Assembly (NCBI GenBank): GCA_000002435.2
Contig: CM018793.1
DNA from: Giardia intestinalis
Taxonomy: Eukaryota
Reading direction: 5' to 3' (one strand)
DNA: 64,000 nt
The notes beneath the pieces are model-generated. The model was not told where the DNA came from, ran no database searches, and saw only the letters and a program-made list of their open reading frames with translations. A program made the translations under genes and the position numbers. This document shows, in pieces, positions 31,255 through 40,005 of the stretch. The first letter of the stretch is position 1. The number at the start of each line of letters is the position of its first letter.

Positions 31255-31736
31255 AGATGCAAGATTTTGAAGATTTTTGCCAATTTAATTTTTGGCCAAT
31301 TCAGTTCGTAATCATGGCCCCGGGCTCGCGTTTGTGAAAGTCCATGACACTGGAATTTAACCTCTGTATTCTAGAATAAGCTGCATATCCGCTACGTTCT
31401 TATTTATAAAAAGCTACTTCTTTTACTTCTTTCCGAACCTTACAGTTTCTTCGACCATTGGCCCGCTCAAACACTTCAGAGAAGTCTTCTGAGAGGGCCA
31501 GCGCTTTAAGCACGCATCGGATGGAGCAGGGTCAAGGCTATAACATAGGATATTGAATGGAGTACCTCAAAGAGCTATGCTTCAATGCTTCATAGGTTAC
31601 AACTGCAAAATGAAACTGTTACTTACTTTGTTAGAAGAGGACGGGGCTGCTCATGGGGTTCTGGCTTTGAATGCTAGGATTTCTGACATAATTTATAGCA
31701 ATCAAAAACTCTCGTCTGGCACATCAAGCTTCTCAG

Positions 31737-32561
31737 ATGAGTACCAACCAGCAGGCCACACCCTTTATGTTTAAAATCCTTGTTGTGGGCAAGGCTTACG
31801 CTGGCAAAACGTGCTGCATAAAGCGACTCGTCCATAACACCTTCACCAACTCATACAAATCGACGCTGGGCGTTGACTTTGCAATTACCCACTTTGTCAT
31901 CCCTCAGGAGGAAATCCAGATATACCTCACAGGAGCTCCTCCAGATGTTTACTACACAGCGCCAACCGTTAGCGACACGTCCACGATGCAAATTAACCTG
32001 AGCTCCTATCGACCCCCTTGCTATGAAGGTGGAAGCAAGATGTCCCTGCCAAAGACACACCCCATATACGCCCTGCCGTCTGTCAGCATACGAGCCCAAC
32101 TCTGGGACATCGCGGGTCAAGAACGCTACACAAGCCTGACTAGAGCATACTATCGTAACGCAGTTGCCGCGGTGGTCGTTGGGGACCTCGAAAGCCCAAC
32201 TTTCTACGAGGACGTTCTCGGATGGAAGAAGGACATAGACGAAAAGGTCAAGCTAATGGATACAGATGTCCCCATACCATGTATTCTTTGCTGTAATAAG
32301 ATAGATTCAGAGGCAGCCAACGCGTGGTACGCAAAGAACGGTGAGGCAGTCGCAAAATTTGCTCGTGAAAACCGATTTGCGGGAATGTACACGACAAGTG
32401 CGCTGACCGGCGCAAATCTGCAATGCGCCTTCCAGCATCTTTGTGTGGCAACTCTTGCGGAGCTGCTGGTGATACAGCAAGCTCAAACCCCATCTATGAA
32501 TCCGGTTGTAGTATCTATGGAGCAATCCAAGGAGAGGTCCGCAAATAAGGCTTGTTGTTGA
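31737..32561 (+). CDS. Rab-family small GTPase with a large insert in the beta2-beta3 hairpin (274 aa)
   Basis: G1 VGKAYAGKT, switch I TLGVDF, G3 WDIAGQERY, G4 CNKID and G5 TSAL are all present. The C-terminus ends in CC (NKACC*), the Rab geranylgeranylation motif. About 54 extra residues sit between TLGVDFAITHF and AQLWDIAGQE compared with the Rab11-like gene in this window. Confidence 0.75.
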   Translation: MSTNQQATPFMFKILVVGKAYAGKTCCIKRLVHNTFTNSYKSTLGVDFAITHFVIPQEEIQIYLTGAPPDVYYTAPTVSDTSTMQINLSSYRPPCYEGGSKMSLPKTHPIYALPSVSIRAQLWDIAGQERYTSLTRAYYRNAVAAVVVGDLESPTFYEDVLGWKKDIDEKVKLMDTDVPIPCILCCNKIDSEAANAWYAKNGEAVAKFARENRFAGMYTTSALTGANLQCAFQHLCVATLAELLVIQQAQTPSMNPVVVSMEQSKERSANKACC

Positions 32562-32639
32562 TGGCATATCTATCCGTGATACTGTCCATGACGCTCGTTC
32601 TGAGAGCTTCGTATCTTGGCGTGTAAACACCGTTAAAAA

Positions 32640-33605
32640 ATGCCTTTACATGGTCGCACTGTGGTCCGCGGAGTGCAGAACGATTATCGTGAGCTGAAGC
32701 AAATAGGAGAGGGCATCTTCGGACGTTGCTTTAGTGCCTATCGCGTATATGACAACGAGCTTGTCCAGCTCAAGGAGTACAATGTCACATCCATGTCTAT
32801 TGCGGATCGCCGCCAGCTCATAGAGGGCATTGAGATTCTCCAGTGCATGTACTACCGCCACATAGTTCGGTTTTACGCCAGCTTCGGCGATCCAGAGGCA
32901 GATGTCCACTATGTGGAGACAGAGCTCTGCGCTGGTGGATCCCTCCGCGAATTGATTAATTACTATCGTGGTCTTGCTACTTCTGGAGTAGTCAGTCACC
33001 AAGGCGAGCCGCCCGCACTAGGAACATACAGATCAGGAAGAAGCGTTTATATCGACGAGGCTATCGTCTGGAACATTGCTGCTCAAGCAATAGCCGGCCT
33101 TGCGTTCTTGCACAATCAAACGGAGGACGGCGAGCGATGCGCCGTTGCTCACAGATACATTTCTCCCGAGAGCTTCGGTATCAATGGGGACGGAGTCTTA
33201 AAGCTGGATAACTTTGAGATCGCAGTCGTTGCAAAAGCAAGCAACAGTCCCTTTAATGAGGTAGATCGATCTGTGACTGGAGTGGTCGGGGTTCCCGCCT
33301 ACCGTGCCCCGGAGATTAAAGAGGGGGAGTACTACGGGCCCCCGTCTGACATTTGGTCTCTCGGCTGTGTCCTTCTGGAACTATGCACCCTGAGAGTGCC
33401 GCCCGTGTATGTCAGCGAATCCTCAGAGTTTGAGGTTTACATGCCCGACCAGTATTCCTCTGAACTACGCTCCTTCATTAGATCTATGTTAAAAATTGAC
33501 CCGGTGCAACGGCCCACAAGTGTTCTTCTAAAGGCTAACAAAAATCTGAGTCGCTATCAGCACGCAGCTGTCCCGATTCCTGTCCTGGCTCATGCGTCAA
33601 CGTGA
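32640..33605 (+). CDS. NEK-like protein pseudokinase (321 aa)
   Basis: Gly-loop IGEGIFGRC, VQLK lysine, DNF (DFG-like) and APE-like PAYRAPEI...DIWSLGCVLLEL are present. The catalytic loop reads VAHRYISPESF where HRDLKPxN is expected, so the catalytic Asp and the Asn are replaced. The initiator is ccgttaaaaaATG. Confidence 0.8.
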   Translation: MPLHGRTVVRGVQNDYRELKQIGEGIFGRCFSAYRVYDNELVQLKEYNVTSMSIADRRQLIEGIEILQCMYYRHIVRFYASFGDPEADVHYVETELCAGGSLRELINYYRGLATSGVVSHQGEPPALGTYRSGRSVYIDEAIVWNIAAQAIAGLAFLHNQTEDGERCAVAHRYISPESFGINGDGVLKLDNFEIAVVAKASNSPFNEVDRSVTGVVGVPAYRAPEIKEGEYYGPPSDIWSLGCVLLELCTLRVPPVYVSESSEFEVYMPDQYSSELRSFIRSMLKIDPVQRPTSVLLKANKNLSRYQHAAVPIPVLAHAST

Positions 33606-33658
33606 GGGATCTCCCTTCGCTCTCAGTAAAGATAGGTTAAGAATTAATCATTGCAGCT

Positions 33659-35872
33659 TCATGGCCCTCTAGCCTTTAGCAAGCTTATTGCTGGGATGAC
33701 GTCTGCCACGTTGGTGACTCCAAGAGCAGACATTATTTCACCTGCCTCTGTGGGAGTGAAGACACCAACTCGTTCAGCTGTGTGAAGGGCGATCGCATTG
33801 ACCCGCTCGATGATCCTGTTGTGGGACGCGTCTCCCGTGAATCCGAGAGTCTTTCTTAGCGCAGCCGCAAGATTCTGCAAAGAACTGAGCTGAACATGAA
33901 TCTTTGAGACGGTTGGAAGAAGCCCTATTACCGACGTGCAACTGAACATCTTGCAGCAATAGTTGACCACGAAGACAAATACTGCAACGGCCGAGTATGC
34001 TTCTTCTTTCGTCAGCCTCAAAAGTATCTCAGGATGCCGCCGGACAGTAGCATCAACGCCATCCTGGACAAGCTTAAAGCGCTCTGGGCCAACACTGTAC
34101 AAGAACGTGTCTGCGGCCTTTATAAGGTCATCCTTCCCAGTCGGATTGAGGCCGATGTGAGACTTCACGGTGCGCCGTTGAAATTCATCAACATAAGGCC
34201 CGAGAGGCAGTAATATGTCTAAGGCACCTGCTTGTTGCGAAGACCCACTTCGCTGAAGATTCCGGAAGAGGGTAAGTAGCTCTGCATGAGCATCTCTAAC
34301 GTCTTCAAGGTCGTACAGATCAGCTAGCTGCTCAACTTGCTGATACCCAAGGGCTTTGGCTATGACCGCACGGAACTCTTTGAGCCTGCACGCTTCCTTG
34401 AGCGCATATGCTACCCTGTTACCCTCTTTATGAAGAATGTCCGGCAGCTGCTCCACAAAGGCGTCGGTGAATTCGGGGCGCTGATTAAGCAACACAGGAT
34501 CGGTTTCCTCGATGAGATCAACCTGAGAGGGTAACGCTGTGCGAGTCATTGTGATTAAGTGCTTAAAAAAGAGGAGCTTCTCAATTGCAAGTGTCAGTAT
34601 TTTCCGATACGCTAGCACCTGCTTCTGGCCCTTTACTGCAGCCTGGACCAGCGCCACGCACTCAGCTGGAGCTGCGGGTTGCGTAGGAAGCTCCAATGCT
34701 ATTCTAGAAAGAAGGTCTTGAAGCTGTGATGTACGCAATTGCTTGAGCAATGCATTAAAGCCCTCCTTTTCTCCAGAGCAATCCTGAGAGACCGCTTGCG
34801 CACCCTTTGGAGACGCTCTACCCCTGGTTCTGTATGTTTCACCGTCTGCAACGGCACAGGAAGGGTCAGGATCATAAAATCGGACTCCCCAAATGAATCC
34901 GCATCTAAATCCTTCCTGAAAAGTGCTTAGAAGAGCTGCTTGTCGAGCCTGAACAGAGAAGACGCCCGTCTCGTCTATGTCGTTAGCCATGGCATCTACA
35001 TGCATTCCAAGGGCAGTGTCAGTGTAAGCTTCCAGTTCTTCCAGCAAAACCTTACGGTAGTCATCCTTGTCTTCCTTGCGGATACCACGCGTGGAGCACT
35101 CGAGCTCCTCATCTGGATCCACCTCGCCCCCAGCTAGAGGTACAGACCGTAGAACACTCCCGCGCTGCTTTGGCTTGGTCTGTGATTTGGCTGACACAAC
35201 AGACGGAAGCGATTTTTGAGCTTGTGTCGTCTCTGCAAAGTTCACAAGACGCTCAAACATGTGCAATATCGCTTGCTCATTGACCTGTGCGCCGGCCTTG
35301 CATTTCAATGTATTTCTGGCTCGCACCATGAGTTCTGCCCACTTGCTCTGGTTGCTTTGCTCAAGACCTTGTCGCAAGGGCCCTCCATTGGATTGTGGCG
35401 CACGTGGGAGTGCAAACGACTGTATTGTGTTCTTGGATGCACGAGAGGCGGGGGTTGGCAGATGGGAAGTCAGGGTGTGTGGCTTACCCAGATGGGCCTG
35501 GATATCATAGAATTCGTACTCAGAATAGGAGGGCGTCATTGACTGAGAAACAGACAGCGCAGGCGTAATGCTGCTAGCTACGGAGTTGGTAGTAATCTGC
35601 TTCAAGAGAGAAACACATTCCGGGGTTGTGTCTCTTCTATGGACAGCTGACCGGGGTCTGTAATACTTAGCTGTTATGCCGGATGTGTGACTGGGGCTTG
35701 AGGTCTGGGAGTCAAACCCGTTGTTTGATATGGCTAGGGGATCGATGGGCGCCCAATATTGCGTGGAGTTCACATGGTCCGCAAGCGGTGTGGCCAAAGA
35801 CCGGAGAGATGGGGTCACCGATACAGACGGGGGCATGCTACTGGGGGTTGGAGATGTCGTAAAGGAATCCAT
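33659..35872 (-). CDS. hypothetical protein (737 aa) with an S/T/P-rich N-terminus
   Basis: Long intact ORF. I recognise no domain. Confidence 0.55.
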   Translation of the reverse strand: MDSFTTSPTPSSMPPSVSVTPSLRSLATPLADHVNSTQYWAPIDPLAISNNGFDSQTSSPSHTSGITAKYYRPRSAVHRRDTTPECVSLLKQITTNSVASSITPALSVSQSMTPSYSEYEFYDIQAHLGKPHTLTSHLPTPASRASKNTIQSFALPRAPQSNGGPLRQGLEQSNQSKWAELMVRARNTLKCKAGAQVNEQAILHMFERLVNFAETTQAQKSLPSVVSAKSQTKPKQRGSVLRSVPLAGGEVDPDEELECSTRGIRKEDKDDYRKVLLEELEAYTDTALGMHVDAMANDIDETGVFSVQARQAALLSTFQEGFRCGFIWGVRFYDPDPSCAVADGETYRTRGRASPKGAQAVSQDCSGEKEGFNALLKQLRTSQLQDLLSRIALELPTQPAAPAECVALVQAAVKGQKQVLAYRKILTLAIEKLLFFKHLITMTRTALPSQVDLIEETDPVLLNQRPEFTDAFVEQLPDILHKEGNRVAYALKEACRLKEFRAVIAKALGYQQVEQLADLYDLEDVRDAHAELLTLFRNLQRSGSSQQAGALDILLPLGPYVDEFQRRTVKSHIGLNPTGKDDLIKAADTFLYSVGPERFKLVQDGVDATVRRHPEILLRLTKEEAYSAVAVFVFVVNYCCKMFSCTSVIGLLPTVSKIHVQLSSLQNLAAALRKTLGFTGDASHNRIIERVNAIALHTAERVGVFTPTEAGEIMSALGVTNVADVIPAISLLKARGP

Positions 35873-35889
35873 GAAGTCCAGATTTATTA

Positions 35890-36585
35890 TTAAACCGGGT
35901 TTTGCGTCTCTCTAGATGCGTGAGATTCACACTCAGATAATATCAATCTGGCAATGTGAGGGTAAACGAACTGCATCATGGCTGCGTGTCCCGAGTGGGT
36001 GAAGTGGAGCCCGTCGTCTCCAACAATGTTTGTACCAAGGCAATGAGAGTCCAGGACAGTGCATGCTACGTCTGGCAGAAGAGCGTGAACCGCTTGCTCT
36101 AAGCCCTTCGTACCCTTGAACTTCCGTTCCCAGAAGCCTGTCAGTCTCGCATACACTATCCCTGGATGTGTGACATAAAGAATATCCGCGTCAGCGCGCT
36201 TTGCTCGACAAGTAGATATGTACCAATTGATTTCAGTTGTTATTTGAGCAGCCGTTGCCTCATAACTCAGGTCGTTGGTGCCCAGAGCTAAGATGAGAAT
36301 GAGTCTTGGCGTCTGGGCCTTGTCCTGGTATCGTGTAATAAGCCGAGTGAACTGCTCCTTAGCAGAACTTTCTCCTGAAAGGCTGCGTCCCGGTACTGAA
36401 TCATTGTGGACCGTCCAGTTCTCTACCCCGTTGGCCACAAGGGCTTTACTGAGGAGCTGGGGCCAAGAGGCGTCTCCCAGGTTGGGTGCTCTGGAATTGT
36501 GGGGGTACCCTGCCCCGTTAGAATCCCCATATATGAGGAGGATGTTCTGTCCTTCTTTCTTCATCTCTAAATTTAAAAGATTCAC
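35890..36585 (-). CDS. SGNH/GDSL-family hydrolase (231 aa)
   Basis: Block I LLIYGDSNGAGY (GDS with catalytic Ser), block III LALGTNDLS (GxND) and block V GDDGLHFTHSGH (DxxH). The initiator is ttttaaatttagagATG. Confidence 0.75.
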   Translation of the reverse strand: MNLLNLEMKKEGQNILLIYGDSNGAGYPHNSRAPNLGDASWPQLLSKALVANGVENWTVHNDSVPGRSLSGESSAKEQFTRLITRYQDKAQTPRLILILALGTNDLSYEATAAQITTEINWYISTCRAKRADADILYVTHPGIVYARLTGFWERKFKGTKGLEQAVHALLPDVACTVLDSHCLGTNIVGDDGLHFTHSGHAAMMQFVYPHIARLILSECESHASRETQNPV

Positions 36586-36591
36586 AGCGCC

Positions 36592-36933
36592 ATGCAGCCG
36601 TGGAACCCCGATTACCTCCCCCTCTATAAGGCTGTGAATAAAACGATGCAGAAGACGAGGTATACGACGCCGGATGCTCTGCTCAAAAGTGAGCAGGAGC
36701 TCTTTGGGCCCCTATTATCCAACCGTTTTGATCACCCAACGGCTTCCCCATTTTGCACGCGATACTGCGACCTAACTCTCGTTCCAGCTCCATACATGCT
36801 TCCCGAAGGTAGCATCCCTTTTTCAACGCCCGTCGCAGGATCTGTTTTGATGAGTGCTAACGCATCCACCAAAGCAACCATCACGGCCCTTCATGACCTC
36901 CCGGGTTATCTGGAGCAGCTTCAGCAGAAGTGA
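36592..36933 (+). CDS. questionable small ORF (113 aa)
   Basis: Its start is only 6 bp from the divergent SGNH gene's start and it shares that gene's AT-rich block. No motifs. It is in the same frame as the next gene but two stop codons separate them. Confidence 0.2.
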   Translation: MQPWNPDYLPLYKAVNKTMQKTRYTTPDALLKSEQELFGPLLSNRFDHPTASPFCTRYCDLTLVPAPYMLPEGSIPFSTPVAGSVLMSANASTKATITALHDLPGYLEQLQQK

Positions 36934-36963
36934 TCGGAAGGAGTTTAGGGCCTCAAAAATTAA

Positions 36964-37665
36964 ATGGGTCTGGGTAGTATTTCTTGGTTCTACAAAGAGC
37001 CTCAGACCACCACGGTTCGGCTGTTTGACGTCTTTGCCCAGGGGAGAGACTATATTACTCGGTCAGATATCCGCCGCGCGCTTGCTGGATTGAAACTGAC
37101 GCCGACCGCTGACGAGGTCTCCGCCATATACCGCGAGGTAGAAGAGCTTTCTAGCATGACGCATCCAGAAGTATCAGAGAAGCTCGTTTATCCCATGTTT
37201 GAGGAGATGCGCCATGCCCCACCTTTCACACCTCTTTACTCCTGCACCTTGAATATATTGGCGGAATATATGAAGTATAACTGTGCTTACATTCACCGGG
37301 GCTATGTCACAGAGGACAGCATTGAGACCGCTCTTCTCAAGGAGTCGAAGAGCCCCGAGTTCATAGACAACGTGAAAAGAAATCTTCTGCAGCTCTCCTT
37401 CAACGTGCAGTTCAAGCTTGTGAGCGTCAGAGAGCTCTACTGCTTCATGAAACAGATCATCCCTAATAACTGGCGTCAGTACATATGCGAAAGCATACTA
37501 GAAAATGTTCCGATATCCACTATAGTAGAGAGCCTCTGTGAAGTGGGGTTCAATGAGAACACGGTGATCGAAACAGTCCGGCTCATTGCTAGCGAGGGAA
37601 TGGTGTCTGCATTTCCTGCGTTTCTAGAGAAGACATCCCAGGCCGTTGTTCATATCTATCAATAG
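36964..37665 (+). CDS. hypothetical protein (233 aa), possibly a degenerate EF-hand-like fold
   Basis: Strong initiator cctcaaaaattaaATG. The N-terminal region ITRSDIRRALAGLKLTPTADEVSAIYREVEE resembles an EF-hand helix-loop-helix but lacks clear Ca-ligand residues. Confidence 0.55.
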   Translation: MGLGSISWFYKEPQTTTVRLFDVFAQGRDYITRSDIRRALAGLKLTPTADEVSAIYREVEELSSMTHPEVSEKLVYPMFEEMRHAPPFTPLYSCTLNILAEYMKYNCAYIHRGYVTEDSIETALLKESKSPEFIDNVKRNLLQLSFNVQFKLVSVRELYCFMKQIIPNNWRQYICESILENVPISTIVESLCEVGFNENTVIETVRLIASEGMVSAFPAFLEKTSQAVVHIYQ

Positions 37666-37749
37666 CGGCAACGCCTGTAACATCCTAGCCCCACACCAGT
37701 GCGTGCCAGTAGAGCTGTGGTGGATCAGTTCAAGAGTAAATGGGGATGT

Positions 37750-39951
37750 TCACTGTGTCTCAGAAGCCGCTTGGAGGGTTATGTCGTAGACCGCAACTTC
37801 TCCGGAAAAGCCCGTCAGTACAACCTGGGAGCCGAGCTTACTCAGCCATACACTGGCACCGTTTACCCCGTTGCAGAACTGCGTGTCGGCTGGGATCCAA
37901 TCATCAGCCCCACAAACAAGAGACATGATCACTTCGTCGCCCTCGGTTTCGCATCCAGCACTTATCAGCACCTTGTCGTTGCAATCTATCATATACCTAC
38001 CTTTACGGTTAACGAAGACAGAAGATGGAAGGGCAATTGCCTGTACAGGGGCATCTACATCGAAGTCAAAGAACCGGAGAAGGCCGTCCACACACGCGCA
38101 AGCCAGCTCGTAGCGCCCCACAGGAACCTGGCTGATCGAATATGCAAAGCCATTCGACCCCCCTGGCAACTGACGGTTCTTTAACCGTTTGGGCTGTGCT
38201 GCGTTCTTCAAGTCATACGTGTGGATATAACCTTCAGAAAAGCTAGCGTGCAAGATGGTGGGGACCAGGATGTCACACTTGACGCTGAAGATGTGACAAA
38301 AGTTGCCTGTGATCTTTGCTAAGTAGGCTCCAGATGATGGGCTATATGTGAAGATCCCCCCGTCTGCGCCGCCAGAGGCAAGGAATTGGGAGTTAACATC
38401 CAAAGCTGAAACTGCTGCTCTATGTGCGTTTGGTATGTCAAAGAGTTTTCGTAACACAAAGCCCTCCCCTGCCACAGGGACCATCTTCAGTGCCGCAATG
38501 CTTCCATTGCTAAAGCCTACGTAGATAGTGTCCTCGAGTGTACAGATTGCTGTTGCAGCCGTGCTTGCTGAGGAGACTTGCATAGTTGCAATTAAAGAAG
38601 TGGGGTTATCTCGTGTCGCTGCAGAGCCAAGCCCAAGCAGATGCCAGACCTGCACGGTACCACTCTGGGTAGCGCCCACGAGATACTCTTGGCCGCCAAC
38701 AACAAGGCTACACGAAACAACAAGGGGTAATGTTGGAAATGAGAAAACAAGACTCCGTTGGCCCAGAGAAAAGCCTACTATGAGATTTGCGCTAGTGGGC
38801 GGGGCATCTGACTTTCGAAGAGGGGTCACGGTAAACTTGCGATCTTGTGGTCCGAAGTTATTGAAGCCCTGTTGCCCAGGAAGTTCCCCGACGTTGCCCC
38901 GCTTATTTAAGTAGACGGAATCGTACTTTTCTCGTGCCAGATCGCCTTGCAACATAGCTCGCTCTAGCTCAAAGCGGAATACAGCCCCAGAGCCTACTAT
39001 AGCGTACAAGCACGCGCCTGCAATGCAGTGCGAGAGACATGTGATAGAGGAAGATTCCATTGATAGGTCAGACACGACGTTAAAGAGCATGTCCTGCCCA
39101 TAGATCACTATGACGTCCCCGTCACTGGATGACAAAGCGTAGCATTCGGCAACTACAGGATATGTGCGCGATTCCTGTAATAGCAGTATACTGGTGACAG
39201 AGCACTTAAAGTACTTAAGGATAGTTCGCAAGGTGGAGGTCTTTAGATTGAATACACAAAGCTCCCCAGAGGGTGTGCCACAGAAACAGAAATCACCCGA
39301 GACAAGCCCAGTGGTAAACGTACGAACTGTGCCTGTTGTTGGCATGGCGATAGTTGAGGTAGTCATTTCATATGTAAGAGTTGCTCTATTGAAGACCAGA
39401 AGGTGGCTGTAAATCTTATTGTAATCTACTGAGACGAAGTTCATCGAAGGCCGAGGTTTCTTTGCTTCATCCGGAGCAATCTGGCCAAACGCAACAAATG
39501 TGTTGCAAGATGCATCCTTTGCGGTGAAGCGGCCTATAACGGTGTAATCATCACATGACCAACACGCAACGAGCCCACATGTCAATGAACATGCCGCCAA
39601 AAAGTGGGAGTCTGGCGAAAAGTCAATGAACCTAACTCCGGAGGGGAAAGCCTCGAGTACCACAGACTCGCCCGATTCGTAGGTCCAGAGGAAAATGCAA
39701 CTCTGGCCTGCTCCATCGGTATCTTGCCCGGAAGCAACATACTTCCCGCACGGTGAAACAGCCACTGTGGTAATTGTCTGTGTGTGCCCCGGAAATATGC
39801 GCTGCTCGCCTGTTTCCGGATTGTGTATGATTAGAAGCTTTCCCGTTGAATAGACAAGGGATCCAGAAGGATGGACTATGAAATTCCTGGCCTGAAAGGT
39901 GCCGAAAGAGGTGCTAATCCCGAGCAAGCTGTGGAGGCTAATCTCAGCCAT
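37750..39951 (-). CDS. WD40 tandem beta-propeller protein (733 aa), EML/CFAP52-like
   Basis: The protein consists mostly of beta-strand repeats. The N-terminal blade FPGHTQTITTVAVSPCGKYVASGQDTDGAGQSCIFLW matches the EMAP-like propeller signature (GHTD...VATGQ...VWD). Its length fits two 7-bladed propellers. The initiator is acaaaaaaatctccATG. Confidence 0.7.
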   Translation of the reverse strand: MAEISLHSLLGISTSFGTFQARNFIVHPSGSLVYSTGKLLIIHNPETGEQRIFPGHTQTITTVAVSPCGKYVASGQDTDGAGQSCIFLWTYESGESVVLEAFPSGVRFIDFSPDSHFLAACSLTCGLVACWSCDDYTVIGRFTAKDASCNTFVAFGQIAPDEAKKPRPSMNFVSVDYNKIYSHLLVFNRATLTYEMTTSTIAMPTTGTVRTFTTGLVSGDFCFCGTPSGELCVFNLKTSTLRTILKYFKCSVTSILLLQESRTYPVVAECYALSSSDGDVIVIYGQDMLFNVVSDLSMESSSITCLSHCIAGACLYAIVGSGAVFRFELERAMLQGDLAREKYDSVYLNKRGNVGELPGQQGFNNFGPQDRKFTVTPLRKSDAPPTSANLIVGFSLGQRSLVFSFPTLPLVVSCSLVVGGQEYLVGATQSGTVQVWHLLGLGSAATRDNPTSLIATMQVSSASTAATAICTLEDTIYVGFSNGSIAALKMVPVAGEGFVLRKLFDIPNAHRAAVSALDVNSQFLASGGADGGIFTYSPSSGAYLAKITGNFCHIFSVKCDILVPTILHASFSEGYIHTYDLKNAAQPKRLKNRQLPGGSNGFAYSISQVPVGRYELACACVDGLLRFFDFDVDAPVQAIALPSSVFVNRKGRYMIDCNDKVLISAGCETEGDEVIMSLVCGADDWIPADTQFCNGVNGASVWLSKLGSQVVLTGFSGEVAVYDITLQAASETQ

Positions 39952-40005
39952 GGAGATTTTTTTGTGTGCTGCTCAAATTCTGAGACGTAGCCTGCGGCAG
40001 CTACC

